Origin: a bacterium
Lineage (GTDB): Bacteria; Electryoneota; JAOADG01
Assembly: GCA_963681965.1 (NCBI GenBank)
Contig: OY820579.1
Span: 800,001 to 864,000 of the forward strand
DNA length: 64,000 nt
Reading direction: 5' to 3'
The notes beneath the pieces are model-generated. The model was given only the letters and a program-made list of their open reading frames with translations, did no database searches and had not been told where the DNA came from. This document shows, piece by piece, positions 18,892 through 29,655 of this stretch; position 1 is the stretch's first letter; each line of letters begins with the position of its first letter. The position numbers and the translations under genes are program-made.

Positions 18892-19377
18892 ATGTCCATG
18901 TTGGAAATCGGCAGCAAGGGTGAATATGGAACGCGCGCCATGGTTTATTTGGCACGTCGCTACGGGCGCGGCTCGACATCGCTTACCGCAATTTCGGAAG
19001 AACAGAATATTCCTCGTCGCTATCTCGAGCAGTTGATCTCGACGCTACGAAATAGTGGTTTTGTACGTGCGACTCGCGGTGCCGCCGGCGGTTACGAGCT
19101 GGCTCGTCACCCTTCGGAAATCAATCTCTACGAAATCGTTTCCGCACTCGAAGGACCATTGATGATTCAGGATTGCATCAATGGGTCGAATAAGTGCTGC
19201 ACTTTAATCGAAGAATGTGCCGTGCGCGACGTTTGGATTGGCATTCACAAACTGATTCATTCCTCGTTGAAAGCCGTAACCCTCGACGAGTTATCCAAGC
19301 GAACTTATCAGAAGAAGCAGGAACGCCTCTGGAACGGGTACACTTTTCCCGTTGAAGCAGCGAAGCCCAGCGTTTAA
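18892..19377 (+). CDS. Rrf2-family (IscR-like) Fe-S transcriptional regulator
   Basis: YGTRAM..YLEQL..L...G.V..TRGAAGGYELAR..EI; Cys cluster C..CC..C; heads the suf operon. Confidence 0.92.
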   Translation: MSMLEIGSKGEYGTRAMVYLARRYGRGSTSLTAISEEQNIPRRYLEQLISTLRNSGFVRATRGAAGGYELARHPSEINLYEIVSALEGPLMIQDCINGSNKCCTLIEECAVRDVWIGIHKLIHSSLKAVTLDELSKRTYQKKQERLWNGYTFPVEAAKPSV

Positions 19378-19442
19378 TTGGCGATTACTCTGCGATAAAC
19401 CCTCGACAGATTGTAATCGAATTACAACACGGCAGAACGACA

Positions 19443-19691
19443 ATGCTTGAAGTCAATTATCAAAAATCGATCGGTGGAACGGCTGCAGGAACTGTGCATC
19501 GCTTTCTCTGTACGATATGGTTGCACGGAAAGATGCATCAGGCGTTGCTCGATTTGATCGCGTTGGAAAACGGCTCGATCGAGCGGTACGCACCCGGAAA
19601 GTTGCTCCTCAACCACACCGATTATACCATCCCCGCAATGAATGCGGCAGTCAACATCTTGCGCAAACGATTGACGGAAGCACCAGCGTAA
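19443..19691 (+). CDS. Small hypothetical protein between rrf2 and sufC
   Basis: 82-aa ORF that fills the 372-bp gap in the same orientation as the operon; no motif recognised. Confidence 0.5.
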   Translation: MLEVNYQKSIGGTAAGTVHRFLCTIWLHGKMHQALLDLIALENGSIERYAPGKLLLNHTDYTIPAMNAAVNILRKRLTEAPA

Positions 19692-19749
19692 CCACGCTAA
19701 CCCGTCAGATCTTGTTTAAAAGACCATCAGCAAACGTCTTGAGAAAAAA

Positions 19750-20532
19750 ATGTCGAATTCACTCACTATCAATAATCTCCATGCTAAAATTGCTGGAACC
19801 GAAACCGAGATCCTGAAAGGGGTCAATCTGACGATTCGTCAGGGCGAGATTCACGCGTTAATGGGTCCGAATGGTGCTGGAAAAAGTACACTTAGCACCA
19901 CCATCATGGGTCATCCGACCTACGAAATTACTTCCGGATCACTCGATTGGTTGGGTCAAGATCTAACTGCGATGACCACTGACGAGCGTGCGCGCGCCGG
20001 AATATTTCTGGCGTTTCAATACCCGATCGAATTGGCTGGCGTTACCATGTTCAACTTCTTGCGTGCCAGCTACAATGCCTTGCATCCGGTGGCGGAAGGG
20101 GAAAAACAGGTCGGTGCCGTGATGTTCCATAAACGTATCCTGGACGGATTGAGTTTTCTCGAACTCGATAGCAGTTTTTCGCAGCGCTATTTGAACGACG
20201 GTTTTTCCGGTGGCGAGAAAAAACGGTGCGAAATGTTGCAGATGCTGATGTTGAAACCGAAACTGGCAATTATGGATGAAACCGATTCCGGTCTCGATAT
20301 TGACGCCTTGAAGATTGTCGCCAAGGGCGTCAATCAACTTCGTGGACCCGATTTCGGGGCGTTGGTGATTACACATTATCAGCGGTTGTTGGATTACATC
20401 AAACCGGATTTTGTACACGTTTTGATGGACGGTCGAATCGTTCGGTCGGGTGGTCCGGAACTGGCGATGGAATTGGAAGAGCGCGGTTACGATTGGCTGC
20501 GTGCCGAATCCGAGCAGGGAGTGTCCGCGTGA
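19750..20532 (+). CDS. sufC: Fe-S cluster assembly ATPase SufC
   Basis: [44 protein letters not shown]. Confidence 0.97.
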   Translation: MSNSLTINNLHAKIAGTETEILKGVNLTIRQGEIHALMGPNGAGKSTLSTTIMGHPTYEITSGSLDWLGQDLTAMTTDERARAGIFLAFQYPIELAGVTMFNFLRASYNALHPVAEGEKQVGAVMFHKRILDGLSFLELDSSFSQRYLNDGFSGGEKKRCEMLQMLMLKPKLAIMDETDSGLDIDALKIVAKGVNQLRGPDFGALVITHYQRLLDYIKPDFVHVLMDGRIVRSGGPELAMELEERGYDWLRAESEQGVSA

Positions 20533-21947
20533 GTAGTGAAACCGGAAAAGAAGCGCTGCTCGAAGGAACGGAATCGTACAAGTACGGCTTCCATGACGAT
20601 CAAGCGCCGTTTTTTAAATCGGAAAAAGGGCTCTCCGAAGAAGTGGTGCGAATGATTTCCGCCCGCAAAGGCGAGCCGGAGTGGATGCTGGAATTTCGAC
20701 TGAACGCATACCGTGAATTCATGTCGAAGCCGATGCCAAATTGGGGCAGCCCTCATCTCCACGAAATAAATTTCGACGACATCTATTACTACATCAAACC
20801 GGCAGAACGTCAGGGCGATACTTGGGACGACATTCCGGCGTATATCAAGGACACATTCGATAAACTCGGCATTCCCGAAGCCGAAAAGCAAATGTTGGCA
20901 GGTGTCGGTGCACAGTACGATTCCGAAGTTGTTTACCACAATCTAAAGGATCAGTGGGAAAAGCTCGGCGTGACATTCCTCGATATGGATAGTGGTCTCC
21001 GCGAGCATCCCGAAATCGTAAAAGAATATTTTGGCAAGATTGTACCGCCATCGGACAATAAATTTGCCGCGCTCAACTCCTGTGTCTGGTCGGGTGGTAG
21101 TTTTGTATATGTCCCGAAAGGGGTACAAGTCGAAATTCCACTGCAGGCATATTTCCGAATTAATGCAAAAAACGCCGGACAATTCGAGCGCACATTGATT
21201 GTTGCCGAAGAAGGCAGCTTTGTCCACTATGTGGAAGGGTGTACCGCACCGACTTACTCTTCGGATTCGCTGCATAGCGCGGTAGTTGAAATTATCGTTA
21301 AAAAAGGGGCGCGGGTTCGCTACTCCACGATTCAAAATTGGTCGTACAACGTTTTCAATATCGTAACCAAACGTGCGATGGCATACGCCGATGCCCGAAT
21401 GGAATGGGTCGACGGCAATCTCGGTAGCAAATTGACTATGAAATATCCGGCAGTTTACCTCATGGAACCGGGCGCGCACGGCGAAATTCTTTCATTGGCA
21501 TTGGCTGGTCCCGGACAACATCAGGATGCCGGGATGAAGGTGATGCATTTTGCACCGCACACGACATCGAATGTGGTATCTAAATCCATTGCCAGAGGTG
21601 GTGGGCGATCCAGCTACCGAGGAATGGTGAAAATTGCCAAAGGGGCAAAACATTCCAAGAGCTTTACGCGATGCGATGCGCTCTTGGTCGACGATATTTC
21701 GCAATCCGACACCTACCCGGTGATGGATATTGCCGAGAACAGTGTCGAAGTAGGACACGAGGCAAGCGTCTCGAAGATGTCCTCCGATCAATTGTTTTAC
21801 CTGATGTCACGAGGCTTGAAACAGGAAGAGGCGGAAGCAATGATTATCGCCGGATTCATCGAACCGATTGCCCGGGAGCTGCCCATGGAGTATGCGCTCG
21901 AGCTAAATCGCTTAATTCAATTGCAAATGAGTGGGTCGGTCGGATGA
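20529..21947 (+). CDS. sufB: Fe-S cluster assembly protein SufB
   Basis: [42 protein letters not shown] 20529 overlaps the sufC stop. Confidence 0.97.
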   Translation: MSSETGKEALLEGTESYKYGFHDDQAPFFKSEKGLSEEVVRMISARKGEPEWMLEFRLNAYREFMSKPMPNWGSPHLHEINFDDIYYYIKPAERQGDTWDDIPAYIKDTFDKLGIPEAEKQMLAGVGAQYDSEVVYHNLKDQWEKLGVTFLDMDSGLREHPEIVKEYFGKIVPPSDNKFAALNSCVWSGGSFVYVPKGVQVEIPLQAYFRINAKNAGQFERTLIVAEEGSFVHYVEGCTAPTYSSDSLHSAVVEIIVKKGARVRYSTIQNWSYNVFNIVTKRAMAYADARMEWVDGNLGSKLTMKYPAVYLMEPGAHGEILSLALAGPGQHQDAGMKVMHFAPHTTSNVVSKSIARGGGRSSYRGMVKIAKGAKHSKSFTRCDALLVDDISQSDTYPVMDIAENSVEVGHEASVSKMSSDQLFYLMSRGLKQEEAEAMIIAGFIEPIARELPMEYALELNRLIQLQMSGSVG

Positions 21948-23287
21948 GCACTACAACCTTGGAACAGACAATCTGGCGACCCGATGAAATTGCGATCGGC
22001 TCGGCATTGAATGAACCCGACTGGGCGATGGATTATCGAAAAAACGCTGCGCGACAATTCGATGGATTACCGCACCCGACCAGTATCGACGAGCCATGGC
22101 GACGTACCGATCTTTCTTCGGTAAAATTCGAGAGCTTTTCCGGCAACTGGGATCCACTGGCTGGTGGCGAGATGGTGGAATCGTTGACGCCGCATGAGCG
22201 CTACCTCCGAGTTCATACCGGTCAGGGAACACAACCACCGCGAGGACATCTATTTCTTTCGGCGGCAGGTGTAACGACAGATATTCCGAATTTAACGGCG
22301 ATGCCGTTGGAACTGGCATTACAGCGATTGCCGCGCGCACAACTGGAGTCGTGGTTGAAGTTCGAACCACATGCCGGATATCATCCCAGTTTACACCGAT
22401 TTCAGGCAGCCGTTCACGCCTTCCGCAATGCCGGAACCTATCTTTATGTAGCTCCAAAAACAAAATTGATTTTACCGATCGGTGTGGTCGCAACGTTGTT
22501 TTCCGAAAACGGTGCACTCTATACCCACAATATCCTTCACATCGGTCGCGGTTCTACTATTGAAATTGCCGAAGAGTTCTTGTCCCCAGCCGATAAACGC
22601 GCTTTACTTTCATTATCATTTACCCGGATTATTGTGGAGCCGGAAGCAACGTTAAAATTGACGTCGTTACAGAATTTCGGCGCAGGCGCTTATCATTTCG
22701 GTACACATCACATTTCCCTGCATCGCGACGCGAATTTCGAATTGGTGTGGGGCGGATTCGGTTCACGGATTGCGAAATCTCGGATCTTTGTCGAATTGCT
22801 GGGTGAAAACTCCTCGGCGAAAATCGGTGGTTTTGTCGCCGGCGCTGGACGACAGCACTTGGATCACGATACAACGCAACATCATGTCGCCCGTAAAACC
22901 CAATCCGATCTGTTGTTCAAAGGGGTGGTGACTGGTCGTTCCCGAAGTTTGTATCAAGGAATGATTGTCGTCGATAAAACCGCGCAGAAGACCGATGCAT
23001 ATCAAAGTGTAAAACATCTGATCCTGTCGGAAACCGCACGGGTTGATGCACTGCCCGGACTGGAAATTCTCGCCGACGATGTACGATGCACGCACGGTGC
23101 AACAACGCGTCCCCTTGATGAAGAAGAACTCTACTACATGGCGTGCCGCGGTCTGTCGCGCGAACAGGCGCAAGAGTTATTGATTGAAGCGCATCTCGAA
23201 CCAATTCTTGCCCGGATACCGAATCGCGATCTGCAAGACCGCTGTCGCGATGCCGTCACGTTAAAACTGATGGGACATACGCTCTGA
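21944..23287 (+). CDS. sufD: Fe-S cluster assembly protein SufD
   Basis: [40 protein letters not shown] 21944 overlaps the sufB stop. Confidence 0.93.
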   Translation: MSTTTLEQTIWRPDEIAIGSALNEPDWAMDYRKNAARQFDGLPHPTSIDEPWRRTDLSSVKFESFSGNWDPLAGGEMVESLTPHERYLRVHTGQGTQPPRGHLFLSAAGVTTDIPNLTAMPLELALQRLPRAQLESWLKFEPHAGYHPSLHRFQAAVHAFRNAGTYLYVAPKTKLILPIGVVATLFSENGALYTHNILHIGRGSTIEIAEEFLSPADKRALLSLSFTRIIVEPEATLKLTSLQNFGAGAYHFGTHHISLHRDANFELVWGGFGSRIAKSRIFVELLGENSSAKIGGFVAGAGRQHLDHDTTQHHVARKTQSDLLFKGVVTGRSRSLYQGMIVVDKTAQKTDAYQSVKHLILSETARVDALPGLEILADDVRCTHGATTRPLDEEELYYMACRGLSREQAQELLIEAHLEPILARIPNRDLQDRCRDAVTLKLMGHTL

Positions 23288-23601
23288 TGTGGACAACAGT
23301 CGCTAAACTGGAAGAACTAAACGAATATCAACCGCGGCGAGTTGTCGTCGATGGCGAAGGTTATGTGTTGTTTCAAAGCAATGAGCAGATTTATTGCTTA
23401 CAGGATCAATGCAGCCATGCCGAAGTCCCACTGTCGATGGGCACATTCGATCGGAAAAGCTGTACCGTGACGTGTCCTCAACACGGCGCTAAATTCGATG
23501 TCCGCGACGGCAAGGCGTTATCGATGCCGGCAGTATCGCCTGTATCGAAAATACCAGTTCAAATTGTGGATGGGTCGATTCAAATCGATGTTGAAGAGTA
23601 A
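23287..23601 (+). CDS. Rieske-type [2Fe-2S] ferredoxin
   Basis: CSH...CPQHGAKFD Rieske ligands. Confidence 0.93.
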   Translation: MWTTVAKLEELNEYQPRRVVVDGEGYVLFQSNEQIYCLQDQCSHAEVPLSMGTFDRKSCTVTCPQHGAKFDVRDGKALSMPAVSPVSKIPVQIVDGSIQIDVEE

Positions 23602-23666
23602 ATAGCGAGTGCTGCCAAAGCTTCAAGACGATATCGGTTATTACTAACGCAAATTGCGAGCAAACC

Positions 23667-24926
23667 ATGTTTTCAACCGAACAACTACTACAAATTCGCG
23701 CCGATTTCCCGATTTTAACCAGTACATTTATCGGTGACAAACCGCTCGCATATCTCGACAATGCCGCATCGACTCAAAAACCGGAACCGGTGCTGAACAT
23801 CGTTCGCACGTTTCTGGAAACCTCTTATGCAAACATCCATCGCGGCGTATACGGTCTTTCGGTAGCCGCAACTGCAGCATACGACGATGCCCGCCACACG
23901 ATTGCGCAATTTATCAATGCTAAACACGATACCGAGATTGTCTTTACCCGCAACGCTACCGAAGCGGTCAATCTTGTTGCTTATGGCTTTGCCCGAAAAT
24001 ATTTGCACCCCGGCGATGAAATTGTTTTAACCGAATTGGAACACCATGCGAATTTGATCCCTTGGCAGCAGGCATGTTTTGCCAGTGGCGCTCGGATCGT
24101 TCCAGTCGAAATTGAGCCGGACGGAACGATCGATCCGGCAAAAGTCATCGCAAAATTCTCACCCCGAACAAAATTACTCGCGATCAGTGGTTGCTCGAAT
24201 GTCTTTGGTTCGATCACCGATCTTGCGCCGATTATTGCCGAAACAAAAAAACAACGGATCGTTGTGTTGGTCGATGCCGCTCAACTTGTTCCGCATCATC
24301 CGGTGGATGTACAGAAACTGGAATGCGATTTTCTGGTGGCGAGTGGTCACAAAATGCTGGCACCATCAGGTACCGGATTTTTATATGCTCGACGTGAATG
24401 GCTTGCACTGATGGATCCGATGTTGTTCGGTGGCGATATGATCAAAGAGGTGTGGATCGACCGAGCGACTTGGGCGGAAATCCCCAATAAATTCGAGGCG
24501 GGAACGCCCAATATCGAAGGTGCGATTGCAATCGCAGCCGCAGCGAAATACTTACAAGCAATTGGGTTGGATAAAATTCACGAACATTGTACCGAATTGG
24601 CGCGCGATGCGGCTAATAAGTTGTCGCAACTGCCCGGAGTGACGGTATATGGTTCGGATAACCGGAGTGGCATTGTTAGTTTCAATTGCGATCTGGTACA
24701 CTCGCACGATCTGGCGAGCTTGCTCGATCAGGATGGCGTTGCGATTCGCGCAGGACATCACTGTGCACAGCCATTAATGCGTAAAATGGGTGTTGCCGCC
24801 ACGGCGCGAGCATCGTTCTATCTTTACAATACCCCCGCGGAAGTCGATGCATTGGTTGCTGCAGTAGATCATGCGATCCGGTTTTTTAATGGTGCTCAAA
24901 CAATTTCAATCCCGAAAATTGCCTGA
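23667..24926 (+). CDS. sufS: Cysteine desulfurase SufS (group II)
   Basis: YLDNAASTQKP, EHHAN, DAAQ, SGHK, FEAGTP, RAGHHCAQP. Confidence 0.96.
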   Translation: MFSTEQLLQIRADFPILTSTFIGDKPLAYLDNAASTQKPEPVLNIVRTFLETSYANIHRGVYGLSVAATAAYDDARHTIAQFINAKHDTEIVFTRNATEAVNLVAYGFARKYLHPGDEIVLTELEHHANLIPWQQACFASGARIVPVEIEPDGTIDPAKVIAKFSPRTKLLAISGCSNVFGSITDLAPIIAETKKQRIVVLVDAAQLVPHHPVDVQKLECDFLVASGHKMLAPSGTGFLYARREWLALMDPMLFGGDMIKEVWIDRATWAEIPNKFEAGTPNIEGAIAIAAAAKYLQAIGLDKIHEHCTELARDAANKLSQLPGVTVYGSDNRSGIVSFNCDLVHSHDLASLLDQDGVAIRAGHHCAQPLMRKMGVAATARASFYLYNTPAEVDALVAAVDHAIRFFNGAQTISIPKIA

Positions 24927-24944
24927 TTGAAGTTCGGTATCGCA

Positions 24945-27203
24945 CTATCGGATTAGCAGTAGTTTTCCCGTTACTTGATTTTCTCCGAGCTGAACTCTAA
25001 CCAGATAAATCCCCGACGATAAACCGACTGGTCGCCACGGAATTCGCATTCTGCCGGGCTGAACGCTGATTGTCCGCGATTCGATTTCGCGACCCTCAGC
25101 CGTAAAGAATTTGACGGTAGCCGATCCACTGGTTGGAAAGTCGCAGTTAATATTCGTCTCATTGTTGAATGGATTCGGATACACATTCGAGATCAGGAAT
25201 TTGTATGGAAGAACTGGTGCTGACGGTTCAGTTACACCGTCGCTAAGTTGAATCGCAAAGTCGGCATCGCTAGTGTCGCAGATCGTTGTATCGATATTTG
25301 GAAATACCCGGACGCGGGCATGTTCGGTAATCGGACCGGTAACGCGCCAAACCAATGTAGTGTTGATATCGTGACTGGCGTCGAGTAGCTCCCAATTATC
25401 GGATGGATAATTGCGATTCAATTCGATTCGCGCGGTACTATCGTATAAATTGGACGTCCACGAAATACCGATATTGCGTCCAATATTGTAACGCTGTCCA
25501 CCACTGGGTCGATCGACATGTATCGAAGCCGGTATGATTGAAAAATCGGTATAGCTCATTGCTGGAGCGCTGTTCGGATACTCAACAGACCGAATCCTTA
25601 TCCGGACGTGTGCAGCACTCGCACCGGATACCCGCCAAATTTCACTATTATCGTTTTGAACATCTTCGAAGATTGTTTGCCAGACACCAGTAGGATAATT
25701 ACGATTAATATCGATCGAAACACCACCTTCGGTGACAATTCGATTCCAGCGAATAGTCACTGTTGTGTGCAGTATTAACGACTCGCCTCCGGCAGGTGAA
25801 ACCATCCACATCATCGGTTCGGGATTGATCGACACGTTGGCAAACATCGTGTCGCTCGAGTTGGAGATTGAGGTAACGGCGACACTGGTAACCGATCCAT
25901 CGTACAATCGCGAATTGGGTGTGGATGCATCGGTATATGCGCGATTGTTCGACGTGCCGGGATAGGGATCACCGGCATCGGCGGCAGCGTTGTGCTCCAA
26001 ACTCCACCGACCATCGGCTTGTTCGAGAGCCACGAGATAATTTCCGCTATCCGGAGACTCTGGATACCAAGGGTTGTTTTCCGGTGTCCACCCATTTCGT
26101 TGCTGATCGTCGATGTGGTAGATCATCAAACCGTTACCGGGTAAGGTGCTATCGCTTCCGATACGTTGTCGGTTTTCCATCAGATAATATTGATTGAGGG
26201 TATCGCGGAGCCAACCATTGGGCAATATTCGATAGATCACGGGACTTCGTTCTACGCAGGGAATCGCGAGGTTCCATCGGGTAGTGGTGATGTTGATCGG
26301 ACGTACGAATCTCGCTTCCAAACGCGACCAAGCATCGGGATGAGCCGGCACCGCACCGCCGCCATTCCAAGAACCTCCGGACATCAGCGACCAATCGTCG
26401 ATACCACGCGATGAGTAGGTGTAGTCATAGAGATCTGGCAGCGACCACACCATGTGACCAACTTCGTGGGCGAAAGCACCAAGGTTATCGCAACTCTGTG
26501 TGCGCGAGTATTCACCGCAAAAAGTGAAGCGATCCGCGAGCAATTCATCAAAGCTGAGGAAACGATCATTTACCCAATCCATACAGGTCTTGAAGTCGTT
26601 ATTGCTTCCTGTAACCTGTGCCGTTTGTCCCGCGTGAATGATCATCACGCCGTCGATCGTTCCATCCAGATTATTATCGTAATCGCTGAAATCGATTAAA
26701 CTGTCGGCTACAGCCAGTGCGTCCTCAGCCAGTCGTGCAATGTTTTGAGGGTAAGGACCAAATCCATTTTGACCATTCGCGTAATAGCTGGATGGATGCG
26801 GCATACGCAGCCAACCCAGAGTGGAAGGAAGATTGTTGGTGACGATATGTAAATTATTGTACGATACCTCATCGTAATATTGTCGCAGTGTTCCTCTACT
26901 GGAGGAAAATAACAGGGTATCGTAAAACGATGCGTTGATTTGAGCCGGGCGATCGGAGAAGTCCACTAATATCGCGACCAGATAGAGACTCACTTCATCC
27001 GCAGCATTGGTTTGCAACACTGTTGTGTGATTTCGAAGGCGCATGTTTTCTTGAATCTGTGCTTCCCGCTCATGCTGCAAAAAATAGGGCGTTGCGATTT
27101 CGCCGGATCGAATTCGACGCAATAAATCCGGATGTGGCGGTGTAGCAAAACCAATCGAAATGAAGCAAAGAAAGAGTAACCAAATTATGCTGCGGGAAAT
27201 CAT
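24945..27203 (-). CDS. Secreted M6-family (immune inhibitor A-like) metalloprotease with Ig-like repeats and T9SS-type C-terminal domain
   Basis: Signal peptide, PPHP propeptide, HEVGH..LPDLYD, WSLMSGGSWNG, YYLMENRQ; two P.GG..W repeats; VYPNPFN...SSGIYLVR. Confidence 0.92.
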   Translation of the reverse strand: MISRSIIWLLFLCFISIGFATPPHPDLLRRIRSGEIATPYFLQHEREAQIQENMRLRNHTTVLQTNAADEVSLYLVAILVDFSDRPAQINASFYDTLLFSSSRGTLRQYYDEVSYNNLHIVTNNLPSTLGWLRMPHPSSYYANGQNGFGPYPQNIARLAEDALAVADSLIDFSDYDNNLDGTIDGVMIIHAGQTAQVTGSNNDFKTCMDWVNDRFLSFDELLADRFTFCGEYSRTQSCDNLGAFAHEVGHMVWSLPDLYDYTYSSRGIDDWSLMSGGSWNGGGAVPAHPDAWSRLEARFVRPINITTTRWNLAIPCVERSPVIYRILPNGWLRDTLNQYYLMENRQRIGSDSTLPGNGLMIYHIDDQQRNGWTPENNPWYPESPDSGNYLVALEQADGRWSLEHNAAADAGDPYPGTSNNRAYTDASTPNSRLYDGSVTSVAVTSISNSSDTMFANVSINPEPMMWMVSPAGGESLILHTTVTIRWNRIVTEGGVSIDINRNYPTGVWQTIFEDVQNDNSEIWRVSGASAAHVRIRIRSVEYPNSAPAMSYTDFSIIPASIHVDRPSGGQRYNIGRNIGISWTSNLYDSTARIELNRNYPSDNWELLDASHDINTTLVWRVTGPITEHARVRVFPNIDTTICDTSDADFAIQLSDGVTEPSAPVLPYKFLISNVYPNPFNNETNINCDFPTSGSATVKFFTAEGREIESRTISVQPGRMRIPWRPVGLSSGIYLVRVQLGENQVTGKLLLIR

Positions 27204-27223
27204 CTGCCCCTCCGGCGAGTCTG

Positions 27224-27237
27224 TTGATCAATATCAA
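27224..27237. promoter_or_regulatory. FNR/CRP-family box
   Basis: TTGAT-CAAT-ATCAA, an exact FNR consensus, about 20 bp upstream of the M6 protease start. Confidence 0.5.
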
Positions 27238-27961
27238 TATAACTTAAGAAAAAACGTTTCGTAGGTGAGATTAGCTGTTTTCTTAATACAAATAGTGATT
27301 TTAATCGATCATCCAAGTTAAATGATGGATATCAGTCGTTCTGCCCGATCAACTCTCGAAGGTGTTGCTTTTATCACAAAAATCGCGAAAATCGAACCGA
27401 GAAACGATTGCATTGGAATCGTTTATGTAATCATCGATCTATTTTTAAAATACCGGGATCGAAAGCATTTTGTTAATTTATTAATTACTAAATAATTATA
27501 ATAATTATTAGTACCAGCTATTTTTTCCGAGCTTTTTCTATCAGAATTTCACATAACTACGCTATTGATTATTAAAATCTGGAGTGTGAGGACGAATTAA
27601 GCGAGTGAAAAAATATAATTGGATCATTGCGATATAATATTTATAAAAGATCACACTATTTACTTTCAATACAAGTGTTTCTAATTGTCTCCAAACATTA
27701 AGAAATCAGTCTTTTATACCGATACTCAGAGAGGAACCGGTGAAAAATATTCTTGCACCATATATTAGTCGGTCTATGATCTGATAAATTTCGTAAGCTA
27801 TTATAATACAACGTAGTATGTTTTTGAGCATTTCGACGGGCTTGCAAAATTTGCATTATTGGACATAATTAGTTGCTTGTTTTGCACGATCTTTCGTACT
27901 ATAGATAGTGAAAATCGCTATTTCGATTTTTGCCAACAAGAATGAGTAAAGAGGTCGAACG

Positions 27962-29413
27962 ATGAAACATCTGTTTCGATCCGGATTTCTCATTGTGATG
28001 CTTGGATTCTGCTTACCTCGGGGATTTGCCGGAGTCATTTCTGGGACAATATCTGGTTCGCTATCGGTTGCGGACTCGCCTTTCTTTGTGGACGGTGATA
28101 TCACTGTTCCGAGTGGGATGCGGTTAACAATCGATCCCGGCGTCAGTCTTGTCATGGGTGGTTCGGGAACTCGGATCAATATTGACGGCGAGTTGAAAAG
28201 TCTCGGTACTGCCGAAAACCCAGTAGTATTTCACGGCGCGGTCGTCGGATGCGATACGTTACCGTGGGATGGTATCCGTTTTGTTAATTGTACAACCCCC
28301 GAAGAATTAAATTTCACTTACATCTTAAACGCAAATAATCCAATCTATTCTCAGAGTTCATCGCTATCCCTTTCTAACTGCGCCATTTTCGGTAAAATTT
28401 CCTGTATTTCACTAGAATCATCCACAATTAATATTGATAGTACTTATCTCGATCTCAGAACCAATCAGATTCAAGCCAACGGCATCGACGCTCGATTTTC
28501 CAAAGTAATTGCCCGTCACGACACGATGTATATTTCTGCAAGTGGTATCGATCAACAAGCGAATGGTATTAAGGCGATTGGCGGTTTTGTAAATTGCAAT
28601 AATTCTCGAATTACAGTTCAGGCACAGAATATAAATGGGTTGTGGTTTTCACAACTCGACTCCGCTCGAATCGCGTTCAATATTTTCCGATTGGGATTAG
28701 ATGCTCGACGCGCATCCAATTGCAACGGCATTTATATGACAATGGTCGGATCAACCATTCGAATTTACAACAATACGTTTGCAATGAGTTCGCTGTTCGG
28801 ATCTAATGGAGTATATACGATCGACAATCGCGGCTCGGATATTCGCAACAACATTTTTATCGGACAAGTTGCTGGTTCGGGAATCGGAAATGGCGCATAC
28901 GATCGTCGATTGAGCTTTGCCAATTGGGATTACAATTTGTTGTATCATTTCTCAATGAATTACACCAATGCCCCATCTGGTCAACATGATTTAACCGGGC
29001 TGGATCCAATGCTTGATCCGGTAACCCTGATTCCCTGTTTGGGTTCTCCGGTAATTAACGCCGGTGATCCGACGTTACCCCACGACCCGGATAATTCAAC
29101 TGCCGATATGGGTGCTGTTCCCTATATTTTTAGTTCGGTGCGCGATAATCCGGCAATTCCATCTGCAATCGGATTGACCGCGTATCCCAATCCCTTTAAT
29201 GGAAATATCCGATTCACCGTGCCGACGTCCGGAAAAGTCGAATGGCGCGTGGTTGACCGGCTTGGTCGTACGGTTTCAAGCGGTATTGGCACCGGTATCG
29301 GCGGTGAGTTTAGTACGCAATGGCATCCGCAAGGGTTGTCGTCGGGATGGTACAATCTGGAAATTAAAACTGAAAAAGGATTTGCGCGTCGGACCCTTTG
29401 TTATCTTCGATAG
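27962..29413 (+). CDS. Secreted right-handed beta-helix protein with T9SS-type C-terminal domain
   Basis: Signal peptide; SPFFVDGDITVP..LTIDPGV; NNTF/NNIF repeats; SPVINAGDP..DMGA; AYPNPFN...SSGWY. Confidence 0.85.
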   Translation: MKHLFRSGFLIVMLGFCLPRGFAGVISGTISGSLSVADSPFFVDGDITVPSGMRLTIDPGVSLVMGGSGTRINIDGELKSLGTAENPVVFHGAVVGCDTLPWDGIRFVNCTTPEELNFTYILNANNPIYSQSSSLSLSNCAIFGKISCISLESSTINIDSTYLDLRTNQIQANGIDARFSKVIARHDTMYISASGIDQQANGIKAIGGFVNCNNSRITVQAQNINGLWFSQLDSARIAFNIFRLGLDARRASNCNGIYMTMVGSTIRIYNNTFAMSSLFGSNGVYTIDNRGSDIRNNIFIGQVAGSGIGNGAYDRRLSFANWDYNLLYHFSMNYTNAPSGQHDLTGLDPMLDPVTLIPCLGSPVINAGDPTLPHDPDNSTADMGAVPYIFSSVRDNPAIPSAIGLTAYPNPFNGNIRFTVPTSGKVEWRVVDRLGRTVSSGIGTGIGGEFSTQWHPQGLSSGWYNLEIKTEKGFARRTLCYLR

Positions 29414-29432
29414 CAGAGGCGTGATCGAGAAT

Positions 29433-29465
29433 AACGGGCGAGCCAATGGTTCGCCCGTTGTTTTT
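29433..29465 (+). terminator. Intrinsic terminator
   Basis: AACGGGCGAGCC-AAT-GGTTCGCCCGTT followed by GTTTTT. Confidence 0.75.
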
Positions 29466-29655
29466 AGGGGCTTCCGGAGTATTGTCCCAATACTTGATTT
29501 GGGCTCTTTGGGAGTGAGTTTCGGAATAATCGATCAGAGTTCAACTAGTGATCGGTGTCTTTTCAAATAAAGCTTTCCGGTGAGGTAATTTATCGATCAA
29601 TTCTAGTTGGAAAGCTTGTCAAGACGCGAGTTACATACTATCTTCAGTGGGTAAA

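Noticed and set aside
27204-29655. sigma54 -24/-12 promoters near the activator
   Set aside because: No GG-N10-GC with TGGCAC/TTGC context found by eye; near-misses had wrong spacing.
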